Shown: positions 28,793 to 42,802 of the stretch, in pieces
Layout: every line of letters begins with the position of its first letter
Position numbering within the stretch: the first letter of the stretch is position 1
Notes under the pieces: generated by a model
The model's database searches: none
The model's input: the letters and a program-made list of their open reading frames with translations, nothing else
What the model was told of the DNA's origin: nothing
NCBI GenBank assembly: GCA_030141605.1
Contig: JAQGDQ010000240.1
Coordinates: 62,001-126,000 of the forward strand
Reading direction: 5' to 3'
Length of the DNA stretch: 64,000 bases
Source of the DNA: Tubiluchus corallicola
Taxonomy: Eukaryota; Animalia; Priapulida
Position numbers and translations under genes: made by a program

Positions 28793-28905
28793 TAGATGGA
28801 CGTCGCACTTTTTTCGCTTATATTCTGGCCTTGTCCTTGAAGGCATATTTCTCGGAGGCAGGATTGCAAAGTGTACAGCGAAGCAGGAAGACAAGTGCAT
28901 TCCAC
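28793..28905 (-). mobile_element. piggyBac-like transposase C-terminal cysteine-rich domain remnant
   Basis: LRCTLC then, after a frameshift, RTRPEYKRKKCDVHL; resembles RCxxC...T.Y.CxxCDV.LC. Confidence 0.4.
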
Positions 28906-29039
28906 GTGCTGTTAACATTTACAAACGCAAAACATGTAAACTGGCTGGCCCTAATCCTCCGCACATGTTCTTAACTAAAGGCTGTATCACATAGGATGGG
29001 GGACAATCCTGGCTTAGTAAAGATCATTGCATGACTTAC

Positions 29040-29162
29040 CCAGCGATATTGGCACAAAGTACAAACTTGGTTTGGAAGCCCGTTTGTGGTGAAAGTAGCG
29101 GTGGTAATGTTGCGGGTTTGTTGTTGCTGCCATAACTGTTGTTGTTTCCGCAGCAGCTACTA
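29040..29162 (-). CDS. Candidate internal exon (VAAAETTTVMAATTNPQHYHRYFHHKRASKPSLYFVPISL)
   Basis: Donor TGG|gtaagt; tandem acceptor aaTAGTAGTAG; 123/120/117 nt; frame ambiguous. Confidence 0.33.
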
Positions 29163-30714
29163 CTATTGCAATAATGTAAATACAGTAATTTGTTAACTGT
29201 CACTAAAGTCTTTTGAAATAACAAGAAAATTTAGACTTTAAATTTTTTATTAAAAGAAGCTTTAAATTTGCAATGAACCTAAAGACCAGTCACGTCCTTA
29301 AATCTTAAATGTGAATTGATAAACATTTGTTTCAGATCAGCTCGGCGCACCTAACTTTGTCATGTACCGGTAAGATGGAAAATATGTTATTATAAACTGC
29401 AAAGGAAATGAAGTAATTATTAGAAAACACATTTCTGCCGAGGCTATGTATGCGACGTTCGATAAAGGAGACTTTTCATTTGGTACAGTTAAAATATATC
29501 ATAAGTTCGGACATTCTTAGCTATGAAGCCAAATAGCCAAAATAATTTCTAAAAATTCGTTTCGCTATAAATACCATATCTATTTGTCTTGCTATTTTTT
29601 TAATACACCTTGCCCAATTTGATTATATGTACCCTCGTCCGTTTTATTACTCTAGTTTCAACTTTTCGTGCGCAGAACTAAAACGAAACTCAACTCAGAC
29701 GGTGTTTTCTACCGCCTTTAGGCAATAGTTTAACTCAGAAAACATTTCTGTTTTGATTTTCAATGTGTTTCTTCTAATGAGCAGAATGTAGTAAACGTCG
29801 AGAAAAATGTGGCAATTATCCAGGAAATATGGAAAGGGCAGCCGAGTGCTCGCTTTGCAAAGCGTCTGATGAAATAACCTGTTGACCTTAGAATTGAACC
29901 AGGGAAATTCATTACAAATGGTCGTTATACCAGTTGTGAATCCATCGTCTATCAGAACTCGGTACCATCAGAAACACATTCTAGTTATTAACTTAGCTAC
30001 GCTAAACATTTTATTACTTAATTCATTTTTGATTAACAAGCGTATAATTACTTAATTACATAATTAGAACATGAATATCGAATCCTCAATAGGCCTAATT
30101 ATTAAATATATAGGCCTACATGCTGCTAAGTTACAATCGAAATAGCCTTTCAACAAAGACCAGAAGACATGGAAGAGGTGTATAAACTCGTACAGAGGCT
30201 GAGAGAAAAGGAAGACACGTCACCAGTATGACTTATATATGTCTTTCTGTCCTGCAACACAAACCAGATTTGTAAAAATGCTACTGGTCTATGAATCTTA
30301 TGCTAATAACCACAATACCGCAAGTAAACAAACGTGTATATATTATTTCACCGAATCTCAAAAACCTCTAACACCTGGTAACAGTATTATTATGTATTTT
30401 TCCGCATTACTAGCATTATTAGGCGAAAAACTGTTAAAACTAATAATGTTTTACACACCGAAAAATACCTTGGCCATATAGGTTTTGATGCTTATTGTGA
30501 TAATGCCGATGTACATATTCCAAAATCAACTGCAGTTGTTTTACATAAGGTTGAATAATTTAATTAGAAAGTTTGTAAATTGTGTAATGCTTGTAAAACG
30601 GGTATTCTTTTGTTGTATCGGTGTGTGAATCAAGTGTAACTTAGGAATTATTAGAAAGCTAATATTGGTTTTCAAACATTTTTTATACCCCTCTGGTAGA
30701 TGAGCATCACTTAC

Positions 30715-30757
30715 GTGCGCGCAGAATACTCGCCTCACTGAATGTCTGTTTCAGCGC
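30715..30757 (-). CDS. Candidate internal exon (ALKQTFSEASILRA)
   Basis: Acceptor aacttgttttcag, donor AC|gtaagt, 43 nt, only phase 0->1 open. Confidence 0.45.
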
Positions 30758-31546
30758 CTGAAAACAAGTTATCATTCAATATTCAATATGTTAGAGCTTT
30801 CTGATGCGAGATATAGGTCTACAGTTATACGATGCTCGAGTCATATTTAGTGGATATGTATTTTAAGTAACCGTCATAATTTGTAATATGTGTATTTGTC
30901 AAAAATGAATGTTAGATGTTAACAAATACATAATCATGCAAATTACCAACCCAACCACTATTACAATTACCTTAGATGTGCTGTGGATTTATTTATAATG
31001 TTTTCATATATTTCTTTTATATTTTATAATTGTGTAGTTAGTGCTATAGTTCGCTTTAATGAACTGAAATAAAACTATAAATTTGAACTAAAATTAAATG
31101 TGAAACGTTTAACTGATACTCTCTTTTGAAAGATGAAACGCTTGTTGGCAACTGATTAAATTAATGCAACAACTAAGATAACGCTGATGTCTGAGTGGAG
31201 CGATAGAAAGAACAGCTAAATTTACTTTCGATGAGAGGAAACAACATGAGTAAGGTTGGCTTTTGAAAAAGCAGTTTTTATGTCCGAAAAAGCTGAAAGC
31301 TCGGATTCCACTTAAGGCTAGTTGCAGGCAAAGAGGAGGAAGTGATTGCAAGAATAAGAATTATTTGAAAAGCAGAAATACCAAAGAAATGAAATACTCT
31401 TACTCATTTCTTAATATAAAAACGCCCCACTTTGCACATTGTACCCACGTGCAAAACAACTTTTAATCAATGTGTCACTGTGTACTACTATTGAAAAAAA
31501 TTTAAATGAAGTGCCAATTAATAAAAACCAACTAATCAGAACTTAC

Positions 31547-31590
31547 ATCGAATATAATCGTATCCATATCCACAATTCGACGTCCGTCGG
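31547..31590 (-). CDS. Candidate exon (DGRRIVDMDTIIFD in phase 1->0)
   Basis: Acceptor gtttacag, donor AT|gtaagt, 44 nt, all frames open. Confidence 0.28.
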
Positions 31591-32039
31591 CTGTAAACTC
31601 CATCATTTTGCAATTAGAGCTTATCGCGCATTACCACGTTTCCTCTATACAAACCGTACAAGTGCATGTGTTGTAGATCATAGAGCTTAGAAGCAGTCTA
31701 AAATGATGACCTTCTGGTCACGTGGTAATACAGGAAGCCTTGGTAAGAAAATTTGGGAAGATTCCTACTGGGGCATACAATACCAGCTCATCGTAAAACT
31801 TCCTTTGAAAAATCTTTCTCATTTTAGCTCGGAAAAGCGAAAAAACTTCTTTCGATGTTGAACAATAATCTTGGGTTATTAATGGAGCCATTAATTTTAA
31901 TTTAGCCTAGCTTTGCTACTAAAGAAGAAGGAGTTCGGACAATAAACGACCAAAACTAAATTAAGTTCTAAGAGTTCTAGTTATAGCCGATGGTAGGAGT
32001 TCACTGAAAAGTACAGTAACGGATCATCGGAAAGTACAG

Positions 32040-32630
32040 CAAAGCAAAAACATCAACAACTACACCACTACTATCACTGCTAAAACATCAACAACTACAC
32101 CACTACTATCACTGCTAAAACATCAACAACTGCAACAGCACCGGCTACTGCAGTAATTACGGTACAGTAACAGAAAAACGATAACGACATTAACAACAAG
32201 AACAACAGCAACAGTAACAGAAGCAGCAAGAGCAGCAGCACCATCAATAGAAATAGATGCAACGGCAGCAATAGAAATAGTAACAACAGAAGAAATCAGA
32301 AATGATAATGACTGCAAAAACGGAAACAGCAAAACAACGGCAGTAGCTGTGTGTAATGATAGAACAGCATCAGGGCAATGGCAAAACATGGCATGACATG
32401 GCAAAACAAGAGTAGTGTTATAAAGAAATTAACAATAGCCGTAACAGTGACAATATCAAGCCGCAGCAACAGTGGCGTCGCAGCGACCATCACAACAGCA
32501 AAGGAACAAAATGGAAATAGTTACAACACTGACAACAGAAAAAGGAAAAGAAAAAGAAAAAACTGAATGATAAGAAAGAGGACAAAAACTAAAAACAACG
32601 AGACTGATAGCGATAGCAATAATAGCAACA
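32040..32630. repeat. Old degenerate (CAA/CAG)n tract containing a 35-bp tandem duplication (32047-32131)
   Basis: aaaacatcaacaactacaccactactatcactgct repeated ~2.4 times, followed by AAC/AGC periodicity; explains four overlapping ORFs. Confidence 0.85.
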
Positions 32631-34576
32631 AAGTCACTTGTAATTCAGAGACGTTGATCTTAGCAAGAACTGCAAATTTCATCTAATGTAATTATATTTC
32701 GCTGGTTACATGTATTTTCACCAAATATTTATGCTCTTACCCAAAACTTGGCTGAAGTTTATTCAAGTTTTTCATTCTTAAAGCAATAAACTTTTTCAAA
32801 GTGCAACTAGGTGAAGTTTGCTTTTACTGTTTCGCAAAGATTGAAAATGAGTTTTTTTATATAAAAACATATAATCGGTAAAGCTTTCAAAATCAAAACA
32901 TTTATTGTACAACGTGGCACAAACAACAAACCGAATGGTGGGAAGTAGTACATTCTGTTTATAAAATATTGTAGAATATTTAGTTCAGCACTTTGTTTGT
33001 TAATCAGGTAAAAAAACTGAGGTATCCAGCCTAGGAACTGAACTTATGACTTTCTGATTGTTAGTTAGAAAAAATCAATTCCTGCATTCTATGTTGCTCA
33101 CGCCAATCTAATGGTTAAACTATTCAATTTCCTCACAATTTCCAATAAGAATAACATAAATTCAGTTTTAGAGTTGGAGATCAGACTTTGTCAGTCTGAT
33201 AATTATATTTCATACTAGAACGTAATGACATTTAAAAAAGTCTATTTATCAGTTTAATGCCTGTGCACTTGACTGCTGATAAAATTTGGCAAGCTACCGT
33301 AAAATTACTGCAATCCACCCTAGGCCAATCTTAAAATAAAAAAATATGAATATTTTTTTCTAAAGCAGCACTTTTTCATTTTGCCTATTCCTAGTATCTC
33401 GAAATTTTCCTTAGTGGTAATACAGAATAAAACGGTAGCATCTAAATCTATAAATGACCAGGTAGAGAAATAGAACTACAGAGCGCACGTGCCTGGCGTG
33501 AAATGGCTTCATCGTAAACAGCGAGTGTTTGCCCACACTGCGCCATCTTATATGCAAAAACGTAAGCATCCACAATACAAGACTGACGAGCATGCGAAAG
33601 GAAAGGAAACTATTTATGAGTAACCCGTGGTCCCAGCAGCTAGAATTCGCCAATAATTGTTCTATTATTCTTACACAGCCAAGTGACATCAACTACGTTC
33701 ATAACTGAATAAACATAAGGCATCCTAACCTAAGAACAAAAGATAAGAAATTTTAAACCGAAAAAATGGTGCAATACATTATTTAAACAAAAAATGCTTA
33801 ACCTAACGAACAAAGTGTGAAAGAAAAATGACTGAAATGAGTGAATGACTGTACATAAAAACAGTTGTCTGGTCGAATTAGGTAAATGACTAACTTACTA
33901 CGATCAATCAAACAAGCTAGCGAATGGACAAGCAATATAATATGCAAACAAACTATTATATATAAAAATCTGAACAAACGAATAAACAAGCGAGGACACC
34001 AATGATACTATAAGATAATGGCCACAACAGTATCATGTTTATCAGCATGATTCTAACAACTCGTGTGTCAGTTAAATTTTAAGGCACAAGATAACACTCT
34101 TCATACATAAAGCTCAAAAAATTCGTCTTGAAACTTTGTGTCACTTATATGTCTTATATGCACACAGAGCTTGCGTTACTGTTAACGCTGTATAAAACTT
34201 GTAAATTTAAACTCTTGCGGTGGCAGAGCCATTTTAAAAATACTTATTTGCACGATGCGTCCTAGGCGTACGTCCAAGACTTTTTCGCATACATCTTGGA
34301 CGCAACAACGAATCTGATTACAGATGCGTTTTGTTTGTACATCCTGTGCGTGGTGTTCTCATAGCAAGCTGCCATGGTTCGACAAGTAAACGACGGCCAT
34401 AATGTCGTTTTCTTGTACTCCTTGAAAGGTCACATACATCATTAATTAAACTTCTTCAACTAATAAAAGGGATTCTAATAGGGGAGAACTTGAACTTGAA
34501 ACTTGAACTTGGAAACATATCTGTGCAGAATGTCTATCTTTCACTCTTTGGGCATCAGTCAATTGTATTTGAATGA

Positions 34577-35069
34577 TAGGGCTGGAAGTCATGATTTAAA
34601 AAACCAAAAATAGACCAAAAATATGGTTTTTATTTTTAAATAGAACAAAAATCGGATTTTTGTAATTTTTTAATTTCTCTCCATAGTGTTGCCATCCGTT
34701 ACTGCTCTGTCAATTTAGATTTGCTTTGCTCATTTAAGCTCTGTTCAATGTCTTTGCTGAGTGTTTCTAATAGAACTATACTTCAGATAGAATCATTACC
34801 TGTATGTTTCATGATGCGTGGTATTTTTGCAGAAAGACCAGCAAAGTAGTAGCACTTGTTCACGCTTTAGAAAAAACATTAAAGCAAAACTATTTTGGCA
34901 AAGCTACATATTCTTTCACGAAAGAGAAATTAGCAATTTTTAAACAATCAAAACAATCGTCTTTGTGATTGTAAATTGGCATCACCCAAACGAAAATACG
35001 CATCGTTCAAAAACCATGATTTAGCGACTTAAATGATGGATTTATTCCAGTATTAATTTTCCAACCCTG
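34577..35069. mobile_element. hAT-type MITE (~493 bp)
   Basis: TIRs TAGGGCTGGAA / TTCCAACCCTG, subterminal ATGATTT motifs, 8-bp flanks TTGAATGA / AAGAATGA (6/8). Confidence 0.75.
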
Positions 35070-35242
35070 AAGAATGATTTATAAAGAAAAATACAAAACT
35101 TCGGTATTGTTTAATCAACGCCATTGTTTGCCAGTTTGTTTTTCAAGGCCACAGGTGATACCATGCTGATAACTATTGCTTTACTCTTTTCAAGTGCAGC
35201 ACACAGAAACACGTGATCCAGTCTCACCGATCTGATTAATCG

Positions 35243-35428
35243 GATTCTTGCGTCCTGCTCACGATATCGTAAGAAATTAGAACATACGTCTTGTGCTTGC
35301 GTGAGTCATGTAGGCCTATTATGGAGTTATGAAATCGTAGCGTAAGTACAGTTTATACGGTGCTGGTCGTATGCGTGTGACTCATGCTACAGACGTAAAC
35401 AAAAATCGTACCGTATAAACAAGACTTT
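35243..35428. mobile_element. Partial PIF/Harbinger-like MITE (right end)
   Basis: End AAAATCGTACCGTATAAACAAGACTTTA, internal inverted copy GTTTATACGGT, and inverted TGAGTCA/TGACTCA; left TIR not found. Confidence 0.4.
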
Positions 35429-38224
35429 AGAAAATTATCCAGTGACATTCTACAACTTTGCGCAAATATTTTGAATGATTAAAAATTTTGTTTTGCAAGT
35501 ACGTAAGTCTTCAAACAGGTAAGCGTAAAGCAAAGTAATATACCTTTGTATGGAAAGGTTTGAGGGATATACTTTATAATTCGCTCTTATTTTCCTTTAA
35601 CTCCTTCCAGAGTAGCAAAAATTTAGTCATGCAACTCCGCCAGCACATGGAAAGCCACAAGCGCACTCGCAAAATTCTTATCTGTGCAATGACCTAAGTT
35701 AAAAACATCATCGTCAATCAGTGTAGCTGATTAACACACCAAAAAACGAAAGAGAGTACTTGATAGTGGTGTAAAGAGACATTAGTCAGCATACACTTTA
35801 ACGAGAAAAGCAGTGAGCGGCAAAAATTTCTTGAAGTTATAATTAAATTTTAGAAGCTTCGGTAGTAAGAAACCAGCTGACAGTAATAAACGTATAGCTG
35901 CAGCGTTATGATAACTGTTTCTACTGCACAAGCCACGAAGTCTATACATTACGCAAAAATATGTAATAGGTCTGTAATTACAAGCAAAATAGTTTGTAAT
36001 TTACAAATATTTAGACATAAATGGAAAGTCCTGAAATTTCAGGTTAAGGCTAAAAATTCTAATGCAATTTTATTTGCTTAACATCAATAGGCCTATAATT
36101 TGACTTACTTGACACTGCACAGATTATTCGTTAAAATAATGAACATTTCCAATCAGAAAAATAACAAATTACATTTAAATTAAGTAGAAACTAGTTGTGT
36201 CTGCTGTGCATTTGCAATCAATGTCATTTATAAAAGTATTTACAATTTAGTTAGAAAATGGCGCTTTGCCAAAGAATTACTGTAAAAATAAGTATTACAA
36301 AATTACTACTATTTAATTAGTGTAAAAATTTAAGTTAACAAAGTGTATCTTTTATTAATTGTTAGCAGAAGAAATATTAGTATGATTGTCTTTTGACTGT
36401 GATCTTACTTGCTGCTGAACAAAGGAGCAACAGATGAGGCTAGTAATTATATTAATTACTGCCTTTGCCGTAAGAGCCCATGCTCCTTAGCAAATTTTTA
36501 GCATCTGGTTACTGCTACATACAGGTGAGCCAAGGAGGCTGGGGGCTATTATAATTCAGCCGCACCCAATGAAAAGCAGATTACGGTAGCCGTAATGCGC
36601 CACAACGCAGCATGTGCAGCATCTCGTTGTGTTTTTGAATGTTTATTCGTGGTTATCTTGGAGCTCTATGTAAACTAACAGGGAAGGTCATTGGATGAAC
36701 TGGACCCGGTTATATTTTTACCAGGCAGTAATAACATGATGGGTCTAAAAGTGCAGTAAGAATGCATTATTTCATCTACGCATTTTGCAAAAACGGGCAA
36801 TTTTATCTATTCGCTCACAAAAATTCTACCTTATTAGTAAAATAACAAAACAAATTCCATACAAAAGAATTTTGATTTTGCTTCAACAAATGACCAGAAG
36901 CTAGGTTTGACCGACAGACCGGCAAATGAAAAAAAGAGAAAAGTGAGAGGAAGTAGAGCGAATGAATACCTGGCTAAAGGCAACATGTAAACATATAAAA
37001 CAAAATTCGTAAAATATGAAAATAATCGCAAGTAACTTATGAGTAATTGATGGAATGTATTAATTAATGTATGAATGAACGAACGAATGAACAAACAAAT
37101 GATAAAACGGCTAAATGAATGCATGAATTCTTATCACTCATACTGCTACTTGAGTTGCAGATTCCTCGAGCTTTTGAATGGCGATGACTGTGTAAGAAGA
37201 CTGAAAAAGAGCTTTAAAATATAGCAACAAACCGTTATCAATTACAACTTGTTTCTCAATAAAAATATATTTCAAACTGTTACTGAAACTATTCAATGAA
37301 ACTAGTAGCAAAAATCACGACGCCGAAGCTTAGTTCCGTTTTTTCACAGTAGTCGTATTTCTTATAATTATATGGTTAGTGTGTAAAACATTGTGTGAAG
37401 AGGCTTCACGCTGGTGATGCTACTGTCATTAATAAGACGAAAGTTATTAAGCCATTGATGGTATACTAATCATCTTTTTCCTAGACGACTATAGGCGTCA
37501 CAGCTGTAACCTGAGTCCGTAAAATCTAGAAAAGTGCAAGGGTCGTAAACAGGGCAGTTGGACAGCCATTTTATGAACGCATATTACCTGGCACTATTGG
37601 GTGCATGAATTCAAGGTCAAGGATTTATTACAACTCAGTTAAAAGGATAGGGAACTAAACTTGACTAACTTATTGGTCACATTTTTGGGGTTACAACTGG
37701 TTGGCTTGAATGACGTTCCGTGGTCAAAAGTCAATCAGAGTTAAAAAGTGTTCTGATAGTGATGCGTAGTAATCAACAATAGCATAGAAAACAAGTGCCC
37801 GCGTGTAATTTAAAACGGCTCATTTCAGTATCTCGTTTTATGTTTAGCTTGAATTAGTTACTAAATATTCATGTAATTATCTAAATATTATTAATGTTAT
37901 TGAATGTCATTATGAATCCAAAAAAAATCACAAAAAGTGTGGGCGTTTTTATCAATGAAAATTAAAACTAAAACATTGCGTGGACAAACGCGCAATTCCT
38001 GAACACTTGGTAAATTCCTGTAAGCTCAGCAGCCACTACACTAGTGTTCACAACCTCAGCACCTGCAACTTCAATACTTGTATGTTGTAACCTCAGCACC
38101 TCTGAAGAAGAACGTCAAAATTACGCATTCCAGCACTCGCGCAATGACTAACGGTAAACTGATATTAATTAGCATTGGAATCCAGTATTTGCAGACATTA
38201 TTTGCAAAACTTGCTAAATCTTAC

Positions 38225-38313
38225 CTTTGTGGCACGCTGTCCTCTGGCTGTTCGCACAGTTCCTGGTGGAGACGAAGCATTTTTTTGGGTGTGAGGCCAA
38301 TACTGCTGAGCAT
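38225..38313 (-). CDS. Best-supported candidate exon, 89 nt (phase 1: DAQQYWPHTQKNASSPPGTVRTARGQRATK)
   Basis: Very strong acceptor tttctttttttcag and donor AAG|gtaaga; GC richer than its surroundings; open in all three frames. Confidence 0.55.
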
Positions 38314-39292
38314 CTGAAAAAAAGAAATCCTTGACAGACGTCATGTGATATGCTATGGTCCTCGCTACAACAGCACTCGTTGTCGTCATTATCATCATCA
38401 GCAGCAGCAGCACTACCACTTCTCACCACCACAACCATAAACACCGCTATTAGACATTGTAATCACAGCGATATCTTCTAGATCGTCATTGCTTCATCAT
38501 TATATTCACTCACATCATCCAGAGAGATACATGACCATAAATGTTATCACCATCCTCATCAATTGCACTGCCAGTCGCTTTACTGGTCTACTCATAGCCA
38601 TTATAATAATTAACATTACCTACATCTGTGTAATATAGTCACAAATATCACAGTTATGATTGTTGTTTCGAAATTATCGGGAACCAAACCTAAGGGGAGG
38701 ACATACGCTTTAACAGCTCTAAACCGAGAATTATACAAACCAAAACAGTGGGCCTACCCATTCCAAGAATTCTGCAGGAATATATGCCACTCAAGAAAAA
38801 ACAAGTAAAATAAAATGTGAGTTTCAAAAACTCACGAAATAGTATTAATTTCGCTCCCTAATTGCTACACTATTGCTATACATGAATAAAATACATGTAC
38901 GAAGATTTTCTCCAATATCTATTCATATTCAACAGCCGTACGTAGTGACTGGCATGTTAAAAGGTGGATTTATAGAAAAAAATCGCATGTGTGAATTGTA
39001 CTAGAAATTCACTGGTTAACGACAGACTGGTTACGGATACGATGTCTAATCTTGGTTAGCAATGAATGTGTAGATGGGATGTCAGGAAGCTAAAATGGAC
39101 ATGGGGATAGACAACAGTAGGCCTAATGGCAACGACATAGTAATGGTAAGGTGGAGATAGCCTTGGTTATGGAAATGGTGGAAATGGATTAATGTTGATA
39201 GAAGTGGTTACAGTGGACAACTGAGTAGGATCGGTAACGTTAGTCGTTTGTTCTTAGTTTATTATATGCTGGTCGGGTAAACTTTGTTGAAT

Positions 39293-39348
39293 GGGAAGAA
39301 AGGGGAATTTTAAAGTACATTCAAAAGAACTTTCCGTACAAAGTTATA
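39293..39348 (+). repeat. Dispersed ~55-bp repeat, copy 1 (copy 2 at 54212-54265)
   Basis: gggaagaaaggggaatt...aagaactttccgtacaa is shared by both copies. Confidence 0.85.
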
Positions 39349-40539
39349 CGACTAAGCTTTATACCTACTTGTTTGAAAGACTTATGTAACTAAAAAAGGA
39401 AATTCTTAATAATTTAAATATTCGTGCCATGTGGTAAAAGGCACTGCATCGCCAGCCCAGTGTGCACCGCTGATTCACCCAAAAAACTTATTATTGAACT
39501 ATTGACAGTAAAAAGCAATTCATGCATTTGCTTAGTTAGCAAACAGTGTACTACGAATACTCCGATTATTTTTTCAAACTTCACGCAATGTTATCTAAAC
39601 TTTGTAATAAACGACTTGCCGTTCGAATGGCTGCACCTAGCGGTCATCGCGTGAGTTTAAAGTTATAAGTGTTAAATAGCGTTACTACTTACACAAGCCC
39701 TGTATGCTATGATGTAAGTGATATAATTGTTCACAACGAACTTTTAAGCCTTATTTATGAAGAGTAATTTCTTGTGTTAGTAGTAACGCTACACAATTTT
39801 TCAGTAAATTAACTGGGTTGCTTCTACTTGGAATTTAATTAATTTTGAACACTTTCGCGGAAACTACGGCCAGGTCTTGCTTAAATTAAGATTATGAGTT
39901 CGGTCCGCCATAAGCAGCCAAGACCTTCTAGCGAATAAGAAGAGCCGTTTGTTTTCCTTTCATTAAGAACAATTTCTAGCTGCTGCAGCAGTCTTCTTAG
40001 TGCCTTTTTTACAGAATTTCATTATCCAGTCAGGATTTTGCGTATTTATACGACATGGCGTACATATCTTGAATGCCTAGCGCCACTTAGCGAATGTTGT
40101 TGAAAATTCTTTGTCTGTTTATTAAGCTGACATGCGCAATGTATTGAATGATGGACAGGCTGCGAAGTAAATTAAATGTGGTTTCATTTGCCACAACTAT
40201 AAACACGAATCAGGTTCAAACGTGTAACCTACTATAAACTCCTGTTCAATTCCAGCTTAGTAAATAAACAAAACAACTTATTACGTTACTAGTAACACGA
40301 AAATGAATTTTACTTCTTCAAAACCGCCCCAAGATACTTCTTTCAAAAATATTAAATCTAAATATTAATATAAGATCGAGCAGGCTTTACGGGTCAATGG
40401 GGAGGGGGGTATATATTAGTCTAAAACGCGGGTGGAAGAATGAAACTGTTTAATAAAATTAGCGAACGTCTGTTCAGAAACAATTTATCTAGTGGCTGTG
40501 TGCCTAAGGCTAACTCCCAAGAGCCTGCGATATTAGGAC

Positions 40540-41081
40540 AAGAAGTATTGTCATCTAAAATCAGGTATTTTTAGGAATTCTTTGAGCTATTGATAGTGTT
40601 TATAAAAACTTAATGGCTGTTTTACCAGGTACTAGAGTGCTGGTTTAGTGCTGTCTGGATGTTCTTTTTAATATCATACTATAGATCCAATAGAAAAAAT
40701 GTTGAGGCGCTCCAAATTTGTGGAGGAACGAAGTATCAGTCGAAAAAACATCAATATATTAAAAATCGTACCAGATTCTTCTAACTGCCTTTATCCTATC
40801 GCTGTTATGTACTTCTTATGACACACGAAAACATCAACCTAGGCGCTGAGCCTTTATATTATGAATGAGTCTTAACAAAAACCTCCTACCTTATAGGCCT
40901 CTACTTAAAACTAAGATCTTTATCCCCGCATTTTATTTTTGTACTTACAAACATGAATACATGATGTGACCATAGTTATTTGTTTGTCATAAATTGAATG
41001 TAAGAAGTGTGATCGTCTTCAGACATGCAGGTTATGCAGGTATAAATAAGGAATGCCTCGTACATGTATAAAAATAAATAC
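40540..41081 (+). mobile_element. Decayed 3' end of L2/CR1-type LINE (ORF2 C-terminus + 3' UTR)
   Basis: AVLP/VLECWFSAVW (cf. IRPVLEY..VW), IDPIEKMLRR (cf. LEKVQRR), KIVPDSSNCLYPI (cf. KIL.D..H.LHP), YDTRK, then T-rich UTR ending in AATAAA. Confidence 0.55.
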
Positions 41082-42656
41082 TTTTCTTATACTTTAGTTT
41101 TTAATAACTTTGGTAAGTTGTGATGCAGCGAACGTCCTACGAAGTATATAACTCTGTGCTCTAGATATGCGTGGTTATTACTGTACGAGTCAAGCTTGTC
41201 TATCTTGGACATACTTACATGAAATGCAGAAGTTTTACATCAGCATTAGAGAGCCGAGCGAATCACTATCATAATAAACAAGAAGAAAGCCGCCAGCAAA
41301 TCATATGTCTTACCAAACAATTTTTACTCTCATTTTCAGTCTAATGTACACACAAACCAATATAAGGCTTTCCGGCATAAAAATATTAGGCTACTCATGC
41401 TAAGACATAATGGTTGGCAAAACTAGGCCAAATCATGACAGTTAAGTACCAACTGGTAAAAGAAATGATAATTCTCCTTTCTACTGCAAGACTTACTAAT
41501 GTCTGCTATTTTTTGTATATATTTTTATGTAAATAAGTAACAAAAGTTAGAAAACTGACTAGATTTCGATGAAATTGTAATTATTGTAATTTTGTTCTAT
41601 TCGGGAGGCGGTAAAGGAAAACTTATTAATTTGAATTGCTAGCGTTGAGAATTATAATCTTTAAGCCTTGTGGCCAACACTGGCGTTTTCGTGATACATC
41701 AGCAGGTAAAAAATTCTGATTTCAAAATATTTACGGTCGCGATTTTTGGATCTTGCTTTCTTGTGTTTTACGAAATTTCCAAAATTAGGAGAGCAATTAA
41801 AGTAGCTACAAAAGTCTGAAATAAATTTGGATTTGTTTCGAAATTTGAAACAATTTTGGAAATACGGGATGCTCGCGTAGACTATAAAAATCGTTACATG
41901 ACGTGTGCCAACAGTGTATGGGGCCTAGAATTCGGGCTAACACGTGAGATCAGTCTGTAAGCTTGCATGTATTAAAAACGAGTTAAAATAAGTGGTAATG
42001 TAACTTGATTTAGAGAAGAATAAATTTCCACGGTTATATAAAGCGAGTACTCTTTATCACCTGTAAAACCGATTTCAAGAAATTCTGAAACTCCATTTGT
42101 AGCTTATCGATGTTTATGCCGTGTGACACTAAAAGGTGCAAATAAAATTACACGAAGCATCCAGTTCAAGTGGAAGTCAGTTGCCTCCGTTTCTTCAAAA
42201 TTTAGCCTTTACAGTGTATTTTAAACTTTAGAGCATTGGAAGCAATACTATATTGTCAATGTTATCGTAAAATAGCTATTTAGAAAAATGTTTAACAAAA
42301 ATACCAACCGAGAAATCATTATTTAAACGAAACAGGCTCTTTAAAATCCAAGTTGTGAAATAACAGCAGCGATTTGCATTTAGGGGTCAAGCTTTTGACA
42401 AAGAAAACCAAGCAATCTAGAACTGAGCAGGTCGGCAGTTTAACTTTTTAGTCTTTTAAGACTTTAAGTCGTAGTAATTATTTCGCAGTTGCATATTACG
42501 TTAATTTTTGGTTTCTTCTAAATAAAATTATTTTCTGTAGATCTCGTATATAATTTGCAGTTTTATGTATGTGTTCCATAAGTAATTGTAATGATGTTTT
42601 GTACAATAAACAATAAATAACAAATTGACACTTAAGATGTTAAAATATTGTCTAAC

Positions 42657-42802
42657 CTTCCCAGTAATCCTCAATCTCCGTCGTTGCTGGAGGAGGTCTT
42701 GCAGCAGACCGGAAACAACGACACCCGAACTGGGAGTGAAACAATTCATGGGAAGATTCCCGAAGCGTATGCTTCGTTTTATGAGCAGCCATCAATACTC
42801 TG
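42657..42802 (-). CDS. Candidate exon (RVLMAAHKTKHTLRESSHELFHSQFGCRCFRSAARPPPATTEIEDYWE)
   Basis: NAGNAG acceptor cttaTAGCAG, donor AAG|gttaga, 146 nt, only phase 2->1 fully open. An overlapping plus-strand exon reading is also possible. Confidence 0.4.
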
